Positions 49,100 through 60,720 of a stretch of DNA of 64,000 bases are shown in pieces. The position numbers and the translations under genes were made by a program. The stretch spans positions 1,504,001 to 1,568,000 of the forward strand of contig CM000155.2 of NCBI GenBank assembly GCA_000004695.1. Direction: 5' to 3'. Source of the stretch: Dictyostelium discoideum (lineage: Eukaryota). The notes under the pieces were generated by a model that did not search any database, had not been told where the DNA came from, and saw only the letters and a list, made by a program, of their open reading frames with translations. The number at the start of each line of letters is the position of its first letter. Position 1 is the stretch's first letter.

Positions 49100-49347
49100 A
49101 TTCAATTTCATCAATTTCAAACTCAACTGGTTTATCAAAACAAAGTTTAATTGTAAATGTTGATGGTAATACAAGTTCAAGTGGTGGTAATAGTACTTCA
49201 TGGTTAGGTGGATTTGATGGTTGTGGTGGTTGTGGTGGATTCGGAAGTTATGGTGGTTGTAGGGGATTTGGTGGATGTGGTGGTTCAAATTTAAATATTA
49301 TCAATGTTGACATTGATATTGGTCGTCGTCGTCGTAGATGTTGTTAA
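49100..49347 (+). CDS. hssA/2C/7E-family small Gly/Cys-rich protein, exon 2
   Basis: acceptor ttttaatag; [15 protein letters not shown]…[22 protein letters not shown]…RRRRRCC. Confidence 0.45.
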
Positions 49348-49646
49348 AATAATTACCATTTAAAATTAATAAAAATACAATAAAATTATTTCAATTTTCA
49401 ATAAATATAATTTCTTTATTATTACAAATTTTATTTTTTTTTTTTATTTTAAATTATTTGTCTTCATAATAATTTCTTTTAGTTTTTATTAAAATAAAAA
49501 TAAAATATTAACTTTAATAATAGATTCAATTCCTAAAAAAATGGGAAACATCAATGATATTTGAAATAATAAATATAATATATTTTATAAGTTTTAATTA
49601 TTTATTAAATTTTTTTTATTTTTTTATTTTTTTATTTTTTATTTTA

Positions 49647-50915
49647 TTAGTGAACAATTTTTGGTTTTGTACCAGTTGGTTTAATTTTAATATTTAATAA
49701 AGTTGGTAAAGAAATTTGTTTTGATTTAATTTGTTTACAAATGTCTAAAAGATTTGAAATGGTTGATATGGAATAACCTGTTCCACCAAATGATTGCATG
49801 ATTAATTCATATTTTGTATCAACGGAAAGTGAAGTTGGTGGAATATGGAGTGAAGCAGATTCAGTGGAACTTGTATATTTTGGATCAGACATTGATTCCA
49901 AACCTTCATAAACACCATTATTATTTAGGACAATGAAAACAATTGGTAATTTATAACGAACTGCAACCTCCATTTCCATAGCAGAGAAACCAAAAGCACT
50001 ATCACCCTGAATACAAACCACTGAACGATCAGGGAAACAAATTTGAGCGGCAACACTATACCCAACTCCAACTCCCATTGTTGCCAATGTACCAGCATCT
50101 AACCTACTTCTTGGTAGTGTTTGTGGTATACACAATCTACCGATATCCATAGTGTTTGCACCTTCATTTACAAAGATTGTATCCTCTTGAAATAATCCAC
50201 CAACTCTTAATGCATTGAAAACCTTATGATAAGTCAAATATTCTTGATCATTATTTTGTGGTTCACTCATTAATGTTGCCAATGATTTTGTCTTCACTTG
50301 AATATCTTGATTTAAATTTGACCACCATGATTCTTCCATTTTCATAGATTTAATTAAACTATCTTGTGGTGGTTGTGGTTGTTCATCAGTTTCGCCAATA
50401 AATAATTTACGCATTTCAGCAATTGATAAACGTGCATCACCAACAATTGCAATTTCAGGTACAACATTTGGATTTTTAGTTTTTGAAGCTTGATTTTCAT
50501 CTACATCAACAATGATGAATTTTACATCTGTTGAAAAAGTTGGTGCTTTTCCAAAATTAAACATCCAATTCAATCTTGCACCCAATACCAATACGACATC
50601 AGCATTTTTCAAAGCATAGGATCTTGCTGCACCAACTACTAATGGATGATCATCTCTAAGTAATCCTTTACCCATTGGTGATGGTAAGAATGGTATTTTA
50701 GTGGCTTCTATAAATTCTAATAATTCATTTTCACTTCTACAATAGGCTGCACCTTTACCACCAATTACCAATGGTCTCTTTGCTTCACTCAATAATTGTA
50801 CTGCATCTTTAATCAATTTCATATCTGGTACAACCGATTTAATTGCAATTGTACCATATCCTGCTGCTTCTCTAATATTTGGTGATTCTTTACATTTTGA
50901 TTTAATTAAATCTGC
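49647..50915 (-). CDS. hacl1: 2-hydroxyacyl-CoA lyase, exon 2
   Basis: acceptor aaaaag at 50916; …FVNEGANTMDIGR…RLDAGTLATMGVGVGYS…IQGDSAFGFSAMEMEV…; stop at 49647. Confidence 0.85.
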   Translation of the reverse strand, partial: ADLIKSKCKESPNIREAAGYGTIAIKSVVPDMKLIKDAVQLLSEAKRPLVIGGKGAAYCRSENELLEFIEATKIPFLPSPMGKGLLRDDHPLVVGAARSYALKNADVVLVLGARLNWMFNFGKAPTFSTDVKFIIVDVDENQASKTKNPNVVPEIAIVGDARLSIAEMRKLFIGETDEQPQPPQDSLIKSMKMEESWWSNLNQDIQVKTKSLATLMSEPQNNDQEYLTYHKVFNALRVGGLFQEDTIFVNEGANTMDIGRLCIPQTLPRSRLDAGTLATMGVGVGYSVAAQICFPDRSVVCIQGDSAFGFSAMEMEVAVRYKLPIVFIVLNNNGVYEGLESMSDPKYTSSTESASLHIPPTSLSVDTKYELIMQSFGGTGYSISTISNLLDICKQIKSKQISLPTLLNIKIKPTGTKPKIVH

Positions 50916-51000
50916 CTTTTTTTTTTTAAAATAAAAAAAAATAGAAAATATTAATAAAATTATTTAATTATATTTTATTATATAATATTATTATATTTAC

Positions 51001-51474
51001 TGGAATTTGAATATAAACTGGACCAGGTCTATTTGATAATGAAGTTTCAATTGCATCTTTTAAGATTTCTGGAAAATGATCGATTTCAGTTAGATAATAA
51101 CATTTTTTACAATAGAGTTCAGCAGATTCAAATTGTTTACATTCTTGGAAACCACCTTTACCAACTAATGATTGATCAATACTTGATGATAATAAAATCA
51201 TTGGCCAACCATTTGATTGAGCATTTAATACACCTGCCAATGCATGAACTACACCAGGACCACTAACTGTCATACATAATCCTGGTAAACCTGTTAAATA
51301 TCCAACAATTGATGCTGCATAACTACAACTTTGTTCATTACGAAATCCAAAAAATCCAACACCTTGTGCTTGTAATTCATATGCAATTGGTGTAATTGGT
51401 ACACCAACTATACCAAATACTTTTTCAATTGCACTATTTTTAATTGATTTTGCTATAATTTCAACACCATCCAT
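51001..51474 (-). CDS. hacl1: 2-hydroxyacyl-CoA lyase (TPP enzyme), exon 1
   Basis: TPP N-terminal domain …IFGIVGVPITPIAYELQAQGVGFFGFRNEQSCSYAASIVGYLTGLPGLCMTVSGPGVVHALAG…; donor GTAAAT. Confidence 0.85.
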
Positions 51475-51489
51475 TATTAATTATTATTT

Positions 51490-51529
<40 letters not shown>

Positions 51530-51629
51530 TTATTATTATTATTATTTGTATTATATTATTTGTTAAAAATAGGAATGAAAATGATTGTTTTACAAAAAAT
51601 AAAATAAAAAAATAAATAAATTTTTAATT

Positions 51630-51668
<39 letters not shown>

Positions 51669-52011
51669 TGCCACACTTTCAGAAAAAAACAATTCTTTTC
51701 ACATTAATTATTTTTTTTTTAATTTAATTTTTTTTTTTAAAAAAAAAAGATTCTTTTTGTTCGAAAATGAAAAAAGTGTGAAATGGGAATTAAAAGACAT
51801 TTTAGACATTTTTATAAATGACTATTTTTAGTTTTGGGTTTGGTTTTTTTTTTTTTTTAATTTAAATTTTATTGTTTTTCATTTTTGATTGAAAAAAAGA
51901 AAAAAAAAGAAAAAAGAAAAAAAAAAAAGAGGAAAAAAGATTTTTTGATTATTAATTTTTTGATTATTAATTTTTTAATTTTTTTTTTTTAAAATTTATT
52001 TTATTAAATAT

Positions 52012-53685
52012 TTAACCTAATTTAACTATACCAGCATTAACTAATTTTTGGAATTTAGCCATAATTAATGGATTTTTAAGATGATCTTGAGCAGCAGCAG
52101 GATTTTCAGACATATCTTTTAAGATTTGATTCATGATTGGATCAGAGAGAATCTTTTGAATTTCTGGATCTTTGGCAGCTTGTTGAAGACGTTCTTCATC
52201 GGTGAGAGTACTTTGTAATTTAGTGAGAGCGGCGACAGTCTTTCTTGAGAGATCCAAGAGTTCAGGATTGTTGGCTTCAATTCTTAAACCTTGATCATAG
52301 ACCTCCAAAGCTTGTTGATACTCTCTCATTGCGAATAAGGCAGTACCTTTTCTAATGTAACCTTTGATGAATGTTGGCTCCAATTCGATACATTTATCGG
52401 CATCCTTGATTGCCAATTTATATTCTAACAATTTGCTATAGGCTGCGGAACGATTGCTATAGATTGTGTGGTCCTTTGGATTACGACGAATTGCCTCCTC
52501 GAAACATTTGATTGCCTCTGGGAATTCACCTTTTTTAAAGTGTTCAACACCTTTATTCTTTTCAATGATTGATTGATCCACAGAGAGATAAGCCTCATCG
52601 TCACGTTGTTTCTTTAACTTTTCAATCTTTTTCATGTTTGCAGTGGTGTCTGCATTCTTATCCTCAAGTACTGCACTGCTGTAGGCTTTGTATGCATCGT
52701 CGAGTTGATTCTTCTTTAAGTAAATATTACCCAAACGAGTGTAAACCTTTGATTTAACTCTATAGTCTGCACGAATCTCTTGTGCCTTCTCCAATGCCTT
52801 CTTACAGGTTTCAATGGCTTCATCAAGTTTTTGTTGTTCAATTAAAACTGCTGCCTTATTATTCATTGCTAAAATATCACTTGAATCCAATTCAACTGCT
52901 TTATCATAATGTACAATTGCTTGTTCAAATTCTTTCTTTGCATATGCTTTATTACCTAAATCTCTTTCTTTTTGTGATTCTGTCATTGGTGGTGCTTCTG
53001 GTTTCTTTGGTGCTTCTGTTGGTTTTGGTTGTTGTGGTGTTGGTGTTGGTTGTTGTGGTGTTGGTGTTGGTTGTTGTGGTGTTGGTTGTTGTGATTGTGG
53101 TGGTGCTCCTGGTCCTTGATTAATATCAACACCTAATAAAACACCAAGACAAGTACTAAAACGTTGATCGGCAATATACTGTGAGAAAAGTGATGGATTC
53201 TTTGAAATTTGATCCATGATTGCAACGAAATCTGGTTGTTGGAAGAATGGTGCTGTCTTTGGATTGAAACGAAGTTTTGTTAAATTTTGTGCAGAGAAAA
53301 GGTTTGCCATTGCTGAAGCTGGGTCTTTTGCACCAGTTGTGGCGTATTGTGCATCCTCTAATGCATCTTCTAATTGTTGATTGGTTGGATCAATCTTTAA
53401 ACCAGCCTCTGCTGATTTCTCTGCTTCTTCGAAACGACCCAATTTATAGAGTGCATTGGTTTCTCTTAAATAACCTTTTGACCAATCTGGTTTCAATTCA
53501 ATTGCTTTCTTTGCATCTGTTAATGCATCTTCATTCTTATCTAATGCAAGTAATGATGCTGATCTATTACTATATAAAATATGATTACTTGGATCTAATT
53601 CAATTGCTTGATCAAAACATTTCACTGCTGAATTATAATCTTTACTTGAAAATGCAGCATTACCTTGATTTTTAAATTCTGTTGC
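52012..53685 (-). CDS. sti1: Hop/STI1, exon 2 (TPR1, DP1, TPR2A, TPR2B, DP2)
   Basis: acceptor …cacag; ATEFKNQGNAAFSSKDYNSAVKCFDQAIELDP…; nine TPR motifs; C-terminal DP domain …ILSDPIMNQILKDMSENPAAAQDHLKNPLIMAKFQKLVNAGIV. Confidence 0.85.
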   Translation of the reverse strand, partial: ATEFKNQGNAAFSSKDYNSAVKCFDQAIELDPSNHILYSNRSASLLALDKNEDALTDAKKAIELKPDWSKGYLRETNALYKLGRFEEAEKSAEAGLKIDPTNQQLEDALEDAQYATTGAKDPASAMANLFSAQNLTKLRFNPKTAPFFQQPDFVAIMDQISKNPSLFSQYIADQRFSTCLGVLLGVDINQGPGAPPQSQQPTPQQPTPTPQQPTPTPQQPKPTEAPKKPEAPPMTESQKERDLGNKAYAKKEFEQAIVHYDKAVELDSSDILAMNNKAAVLIEQQKLDEAIETCKKALEKAQEIRADYRVKSKVYTRLGNIYLKKNQLDDAYKAYSSAVLEDKNADTTANMKKIEKLKKQRDDEAYLSVDQSIIEKNKGVEHFKKGEFPEAIKCFEEAIRRNPKDHTIYSNRSAAYSKLLEYKLAIKDADKCIELEPTFIKGYIRKGTALFAMREYQQALEVYDQGLRIEANNPELLDLSRKTVAALTKLQSTLTDEERLQQAAKDPEIQKILSDPIMNQILKDMSENPAAAQDHLKNPLIMAKFQKLVNAGIVKLG

Positions 53686-53780
53686 CTGTGTAAAAAAAAA
53701 TAAATAAATTAAAATAAAAAATTTGTTAATAAAAAAAAAATTAAAAATAAAAAATAAAAAAATAAAAAATTATTATTTAC

Positions 53781-53801
53781 CTTTTGTGCGTTTTCACTCA
53801 T
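53781..53801 (-). CDS. sti1: Hop/STI1 (Hsp70/Hsp90 organising protein), exon 1 (MSENAQK)
   Basis: ATG at 53799-53801; donor GTAAAT. Confidence 0.7.
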
Positions 53802-54008
53802 TTTTTTATTTTTTATATATATATTTTGCAAGTCCAAAAATAAAATAAAATAATAAAAAAAAAAAAAAAAAATTAAAAAATAAAATTAAAAAAAAAAATG
53901 AAAAAAAAAAAAAATGAAAAAAATTGAAAAATGAAAATCACCAGAATTTTTAAAAAAATTTAATTTGGAAATCTATTAAATTTCAAGATTTTATAAGGGT
54001 TTTTTTAG

Positions 54009-54154
54009 TCAATTTGTATTAATTCGTTCCTTTTCGCTAAAATTAAAAAAAATGAAATAAAATAAAACTCTTTTGTTGATTCCATTTAAATCCTGATAAA
54101 TTTTTTTTTTTTATTATTTTAGCGAAAAGGAATGAATGAATTAACACAAATTGA
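54009..54154. promoter_or_regulatory. about 36-bp imperfect inverted repeat with an about 75-nt spacer in the divergent Hop/Rab4 intergenic region
   Basis: tcaatttgtattaattcgttccttttcgctaaaatt … attttagcgaaaaggaatgaatgaattaacacaaattga. Confidence 0.4.
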
Positions 54155-54647
54155 GTAACCTAACGGACAAATTGGTAACCGGAAATTAGAAGGATTTGAA
54201 GTTTCCCTTTTACTGGAAATTTTTTTTTATTTATTTATTAACTGACTAATTTATTTAAGACCACAATGTGACCAAAAGATTCTTTTATTATCTAAATTTA
54301 GATAATAAATCAAAAAAAAAAAAAAAAAAATGAAAAATAAAAAAAAAAAAAAAAAAAAATTTTGGGAGTGTTTGGAAAAGTTGGATACTTATTAAAAAAT
54401 AAAAAAAATTAAAAAAAAAAATAAAAAAAAATAAAAAATAAAAAATTAAAAAAAATTTTTTGAAAAAAAAAAAATAAAAGAAAGCGAGACGTTGTGAAAC
54501 AGAGAAATAATTAAAGAAATAAACAAATAAACAAACAAACAACAAACGAATAAACAAACAAATAAATAAGCAAATACATAAATAATAAATAAATAAATAA
54601 ATAAATAAAACAAAATAAAAATATAGATATATATATATAAAACAAAA

Positions 54648-54829
54648 ATGGGAAAACCTTTATATCTTGTTAAATTTATAATTATTGGTAGTCAATCAGT
54701 TGGTAAAAGTTGTCTTTTATTTAGATTCATTGATAATAAATTTAAAAGTCAATCAACTCATACAATTGGTGTAGATTTTTCATCAAGGGTTGTAGATATT
54801 CAAGGGAAAAATGTTAAATTACAGATTTG
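54648..54829 (+). CDS. rab4: Rab4 small GTPase, exon 1
   Basis: [36 protein letters not shown]…KLQIW; donor GTTTGT splits the Trp codon. Confidence 0.8.
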
Positions 54830-54920
54830 GTTTGTATTTTAAAATATAAAATTAAAACTTTTTTTTTTTTTTTTTTATTAATTTAAATATATATTAACTC
54901 TATTACAATTAATTTTTTAG

Positions 54921-54954
54921 GGATACTGCCGGACAAGAAAGATTTAGATCAGTT
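54921..54954 (+). CDS. rab4: Rab4 small GTPase, exon 2
   Basis: (W)DTAGQERFRSV; donor GTAAGT. Confidence 0.8.
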
Positions 54955-55029
54955 GTAAGTAGAGTTTATATATATATATATTATTGAAAAAAATAAAAAT
55001 AAAAATAAAAAAATAAAATAAACAAGTTT

Positions 55030-55095
<66 letters not shown>

Positions 55096-55112
55096 TCAAA
55101 TAAATCGAATAG

Positions 55113-55514
55113 GTTATTTCATATTATAGAGGATCAGCAGGTGTCGCATTAGTTTATGATGTTACAAATCGTGAATCATACAATCATATCACAAATTGGT
55201 TATCAGATGTTAAATCACTTGCATCACCAGATGTAACAATTATTTTAGTTGGAAATAAAGCAGATTTAACAGAACAAAGAGAAGTTACATTCTTGGAAGC
55301 ATCTAGAATAGCTCAAGAGAATGGATTATTATTTATGGAAACTTCAGCCCTTACTGGTGAAGGTGTTGAAGAAATGTTTTTAAAGTGTACTCGTACAATC
55401 ATGACAAAAATTGATAGTGGTGAAGTTAATTTAGAACATTTAGGTGTACAAATATCTTCAGATTCTGGTAATGTTACAAAGAAACCTGGTGATTCATCTA
55501 ATTGTAGTTGTTGA
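55113..55514 (+). CDS. rab4: Rab4 small GTPase, exon 3
   Basis: [30 protein letters not shown]…GNKADL…[32 protein letters not shown]…NCSC prenylation motif. Confidence 0.8.
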   Translation, partial: VISYYRGSAGVALVYDVTNRESYNHITNWLSDVKSLASPDVTIILVGNKADLTEQREVTFLEASRIAQENGLLFMETSALTGEGVEEMFLKCTRTIMTKIDSGEVNLEHLGVQISSDSGNVTKKPGDSSNCSC

Positions 55515-55539
55515 AAAAAAAGAGAATTTTAAAAAAGAG

Positions 55540-55575
<36 letters not shown>

Positions 55576-56004
55576 CATCGATTTCAAATAAACAAGTATA
55601 TACACATATATTTTTTCATGTAAATAATAATAATAACAATAAAAACAATTCATGACAAAAAAAAAAAAAAAAAAAAAAAAACCAAGATCTTTTTTTTAAA
55701 ACAAGATTTTCTTTTTATTATTCTTATAAAAAAACGAATTTAAAAAATAAAAAATAAAAAAAAAAAAAAAAAAAAAAAAAAATCGATATTTTATTTTTTT
55801 ATTTTTTTTTATTTTTTTATTTTTTCTACACATTAAAACAAATAAATTAAAACATATAATTTATATTATGATATCATAAGAAAAGATAAATTTATAAAAC
55901 AAGAAATAAATAAATAAATAATAAATAAATAAACAAATAGGAAATATATATATGAATAAATAAAAAAAAATAAAAAAAATAAAAAAAATAAAAAAAAGAA
56001 AACG

Positions 56005-56078
56005 ATGGGAAATACAGTAGTTAAAAAAGCGTCAAACATAAATGAATTTAAACAAGATGTTTTCAAAATAAATTCACT
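56005..56078 (+). CDS. small RING-finger protein, putative exon 1
   Basis: ATG…MGNTVVKKASNINEFKQDVFKINS then GTATGT. Confidence 0.35.
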
Positions 56079-56167
56079 GTATGTTGTTTTTTAAAAAAAC
56101 ATCCAAAATTTGAAGAAACAATATATGAACATCACGATTCTAATAAAAAAAAAACATTTTTATAAAG

Positions 56168-56297
56168 GATTAATAATAGGAATAAAAAAGCTACAGATAC
56201 AAATATATATATAACATTATCAGTCGATATACCAGATAATGAAATAGTTACAGAAACCATTTTATGGAAATTACTTGTTAATGTTTCAATTTTAGTT
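56168..56297 (+). CDS. small RING-finger protein, putative exon 2
   Basis: acceptor ttttataaag; donor GTATGT followed by tactaac. Confidence 0.35.
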
Positions 56298-56400
56298 GTA
56301 TGTACTAACATTTCATAAATTAATATAAATTTGATACTAATTGAAAATAATAAATTAATAAAATTAATATATATATAATAATAATAATAAAAATTTATAG

Positions 56401-56838
56401 TTTAATAAAAAAAATGATGGAAATTATAAAAATGAAGAACCAATATTAAATTCAAAATTAACATTTGGAGAATTTTATAGTTTTTTAAATAATATACAAT
56501 TATATTTTGAAAAAGAAGATTCAAAAAATAAAAATAATTCAACAACAATAGCAACAACAACAACAACAGCGGAAGAAAAATTTAAAATTGAAGAAGAGGA
56601 GGATAATCTTTGTCCAATTTGTTTTGATAAAGAAGCAACATTTGTTGTATCAAGTGATTGTTTTCATGCATTTTGTCCTGAATGTGCAGAGGATTGGAAA
56701 TCAAGATCAAATTTATGTCCACTTTGTAGAAGAGAAAATAATAATTCAAATAAATTAGATTTTATATTAATTGAAGATATTCAAAATGAACCCTTATTGG
56801 ATTTTATTAGTAATATTTTAATTCAAATAAAAAAATAA
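56401..56838 (+). CDS. small RING-finger protein, exon 3 with C3HC4 RING
   Basis: acceptor aatttatag; CPICFDKEATFVVSSDCFHAFCPECAEDWKSRSNLCPLCRR; the ORF track missed this ORF because the exon has no start codon. Confidence 0.5.
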   Translation, partial: FNKKNDGNYKNEEPILNSKLTFGEFYSFLNNIQLYFEKEDSKNKNNSTTIATTTTTAEEKFKIEEEEDNLCPICFDKEATFVVSSDCFHAFCPECAEDWKSRSNLCPLCRRENNNSNKLDFILIEDIQNEPLLDFISNILIQIKK

Positions 56839-57007
56839 TAAACAACAATGTATCATATATAAAAAAAAAAAAAAAAAAAAAATGATTGTATATTTTTAGA
56901 TATTTTTTTTTTATTTTTTTTTTATTATTTTTTTTTTAATTTTTTTTTTAATTTTTTTTTTTCTTTTAATTTAAAATTATATATATATTGATATTATTAA
57001 TTCTAAT

Positions 57008-57082
57008 TTATTCATCACTTGCTTCTTCTTCTTCATATTCTCCTTCTTCTTCATCATCATCCTCCTCTTCATCATCACCATC

Positions 57083-57124
<42 letters not shown>

Positions 57125-57963
57125 TGAAGGTAAAACACCACCATCAGTGAATAAACTTGTATTAATTTGATTTGCTAAAGCAGCGATTTCTTCTTCAGAT
57201 TTCTCATATTCTTTAGATTTAGTATCGATAGCAGATTCATCATCTACAAAGAGATCAGGATTGAAAACAAACATTTCTCTACCACTCATAGAGGTCTTAC
57301 CAGCTTTAATATCAGCAAGACGTTTGTCTTGGGCGTCTTTGGCTGCTTTTTCTTTTTGTAATCTTTTCTCTTCTTTCCATCTTAAGAAAGTTTCTAAAGT
57401 GACAGGAGTTGATTTTGTTAATTTTGCTCTCTCCTCTTCAATCAATTCTTCGATTGGTATTTCTTCAACTTCATCCTCCTCTCTTGACTTCTTCTTTTTT
57501 AATTGGTACCCTTCTGGCAAACAATGTTGATATGCACATTTCTCACCACCATTTGGACACTCCCAGAACCAACCATACTTTTTACTCTCGATTGCGTCTA
57601 AAAAGAATTTACAAATGATTGCTGTTGGTTTGGCTTTGTTTTCAGTTGTTCTCTTCTTTTCAACAACTGATTTCAATTTTGCTTCATCCCAATTCTCCAT
57701 TGTATCCTCATCTTTACGACGATCAGTGTAAATATCAATCTTTTCAGATTTTCTACCTGCTGCTAAATCATGTGCAAACTTACATCTATTACCTTTTGGA
57801 CATGTTACACCTTGTTTAAAATATTCACACACAATACTCTTTGGATCAACACCTAATGGTACTTTACTTTGTACAATTGTATTTACTAAAATTGATTCTG
57901 CTTCTTTCTTTGCTTTCTCTGCTAATTCTTTATCTCTTTTAGCTTTTTCTTTCAATGCTGCTT
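57008..57963 (-). CDS. zc3h15: ZC3H15/DFRP1-like CCCH zinc-finger protein, exon 2
   Basis: acceptor ttttag; two CCCH fingers (CEYFKQGVTCPKGNRCKFAHD; CKFFLDAIESKKYGWFWECPNGGEKCAYQHC); acidic D-rich tail. Confidence 0.8.
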
Positions 57964-58001
57964 CCTAAAAATATTAATAAAAAAAAAAAATTTTAATTGG
58001 G

Positions 58002-58045
<44 letters not shown>

Positions 58046-58143
58046 TGATTAAATTGATATTTATATAAAATTATTGATAGATTGATAATATTTGAATTAA
58101 TTTTCATTATTATTGTTGGAATAAAATTTCTGTATTTTTTTAC

Positions 58144-58308
58144 CTTATTTTGAAGACCAGAGTGCTTAACTTGGGCTTCAACTTGAGATACATAAGCTGC
58201 AACTTTTTTACTCTTATTTTTATTTTTTAAACCAAAGGTTTTATCTTCAACCTTTTTCTTTTTTTCTTTTTCAACTGTTTTTTTTGATTGGGCTTGTTTT
58301 GGTGGCAT
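58144..58308 (-). CDS. zc3h15: ZC3H15/DFRP1 (Tma46)-like CCCH zinc-finger protein, exon 1
   Basis: MPPKQAQSKK…EDKTFGLKNKNKSKK…; donor GTAAAA. Confidence 0.8.
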
Positions 58309-58756
58309 TTTATCTTAAAAAACCTTTATTGATAATTTTACAATAATATATCTATTTATATATATATAAAATAAAATTTGTTAGAAAAAAAAAAAATGAA
58401 AAAAAAAAAAATGGGCGGAAAAAAAAAATAAAAAAAAAAAAAAAATAAAAAAATGAAAAACAAAAAATAAAAAAAAAATAAAAAAATTCACGCAAAATTA
58501 ATGAAGTTCTATTTGTTTTTTGATTTAAGAGTATTTTTTTTTTTTTTTTTATTTAACAGATTTTAAAAAAGGAATATATTAAGAAAAATGAATTGATTAA
58601 AATATTTGAGAAAATTTTTATAATTTAAAATATCTCCCCCTTTCTCACCACAATATTTGTTTATAAAAAAAAAATTGAAAAAAAAAAAAAATTTTATTTT
58701 TAATTTTTCTAATTTTTTTTTTTTTAATAATGATTTAATTTAATTTATTTTTAAAT

Positions 58757-58837
58757 ATGGATTAAGTATAGATAAATAGAGAACTCAAAAATACACAAAA
58801 TGATATAAAAAATGAATGTATCCATTCTGTTTTTTTG
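58757..58837 (-). repeat. about 95-bp interspersed repeat, copy 4 (inverted orientation)
   Basis: reverse complement matches copy 2. Confidence 0.6.
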
Positions 58838-58852
58838 AATTTTTAAAATTTT

Positions 58853-58889
<37 letters not shown>

Positions 58890-58900
58890 AAAAACAAAAT

Positions 58901-58990
58901 CCATTGATTTTTTTTATATTTTGTATGATTTGTATTGTATATTTTTGGGTGCTCTATTTTTATATACTATATTCAAATTAAAAATTAATA
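58901..58990 (+). repeat. about 95-bp interspersed repeat, copy 3 (more diverged)
   Basis: …tttttgggtgctctatttttatatactatattcaaattaaaaattaa; forms an inverted pair with copy 4. Confidence 0.55.
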
Positions 58991-59102
58991 AAATTAAATC
59001 AATTTTTTTAATAAAAAAAAACATCAAAAAATAAAAATAAAAATAAAAATAAAAATAAAAAATCTGGAAAATCTCTTTTTTTTTTTTTGGAAATACTTTT
59101 AT

Positions 59103-60640
59103 TTATAATTTTCTTCTTTTATATCTTGTAATAATTTTTGAAATTACTGCATTCTTTTTCAAAAGAGCAGGATTAACAGATTCATCAACAGATTCTGGCA
59201 ATTGTCTGTGTTTTCCAGCCAACATTAACGCTATAAATACTAATTTTGAATAAGTTGATAAAGTTATACTAATTGATAATCCAACATTTCCAAAAGCTGA
59301 AATCGCTTCGAATAATATCTAAAATATTTTTTTTTAAAATTTTTTTTAATTATTTATTAGTAAAAATTGTTATTGTTGTTATTATTGTTGTTGTTGATTT
59401 ACTACTAATAATAATAATTTAATTTATAATTAATACTTACTTGAAATACAGTGATTACACCACTTTCTAAAAGTTGGCTTTCAAAAATAGCAATAAATAA
59501 AATACAAATATATGGAACGAAAATATCACGAATTAAAACTTCTTTCATAACTTCTCTACTTTGATTACTATATTTATTATTAACAGCAGACCTTCTCAAT
59601 GAAATAATGAATGGATATGATGAAACAAACATTAATCCAACAAATAATAATAAAACTGATTCACTTAATAAATTTAAATCAACTGAATTAAATCCGCATG
59701 TACGGGTACTCTAATAATAATAATAAATAATAATAAAAGTATTAATATATGTAAATAAATAATTAAAAAAAAAAAAAAAAAAAAAAAAAACTTACAATTG
59801 AAGAAAAGTAATAATTTAAAAGTATAGTACCATAATTCATATTTGTGAATGCTTTATCATTTACATCTAATAAAGCCATTAATGCAATTTGTGATACATT
59901 AAAAATACACCAAATTACAAATAATTGAACAGTTTCTTTATATGGGAAAAGATGAGTGAAAATTGAACGTGGATTTTCTAATAAATTTCTATATGGTTCT
60001 GGATCTTTTGTAAACTTTTAAAAATAAAATAAATTAATAATTAATATTGTATTGTATTGTATTGTATTGTAATAATTACTTTTGAAACTACTAATAAAAT
60101 AATTCTTAAAAAAACAGGAAATAAAGTATTTCCTAAGAAAATTAAAATTGATAATGTAATTAATAAAAAATATTTTTCATTAATTTGAATTAAACTATCA
60201 CTAAATAATGCTAAACCAGCATTATTAAATGCAGAGAATGTATGAAATAATGACCACCACCAACCATTTACTCCATTAGCTTTCATTATTGATCTAGCTG
60301 ATTCACTACCTGCTATATATGCACCAATACTTATAAATCCTAATATATAAATTGTTATAATATAACATGGTATAATTACTAATAATTTACCCAATGATCT
60401 ATATTCCATATTATCTTCATAACTATTTAAATTTAATGGTTTTGATAATTGTCTTTGCTGTTGTTGATGTTCTTGTTGCTCTTGTAATTCTTGTAATGAA
60501 TCAATACGATTAATATCAATATTAACTTCTTTTTGTATTGATTGTGAATCATTTGTATTATTATTATTATTTGTACTATTATTTGTACTCTTATTTAAAG
60601 TTGAGTTTGTTGTGGTAGTGGTAGTGGTGGTTGTTGAAGG

Positions 60641-60720
<80 letters not shown>

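Noticed and set aside
52569-53675. Plus-strand ORFs (52569-52757, 52782-53123, 53277-53675) opposite the Hop/STI1 gene
   Set aside because: They are antisense to a clearly conserved coding exon. The hydrophobic VVVLV repeats arise from the antisense of the (CAA CCA ACA) P/T/Q repeat.
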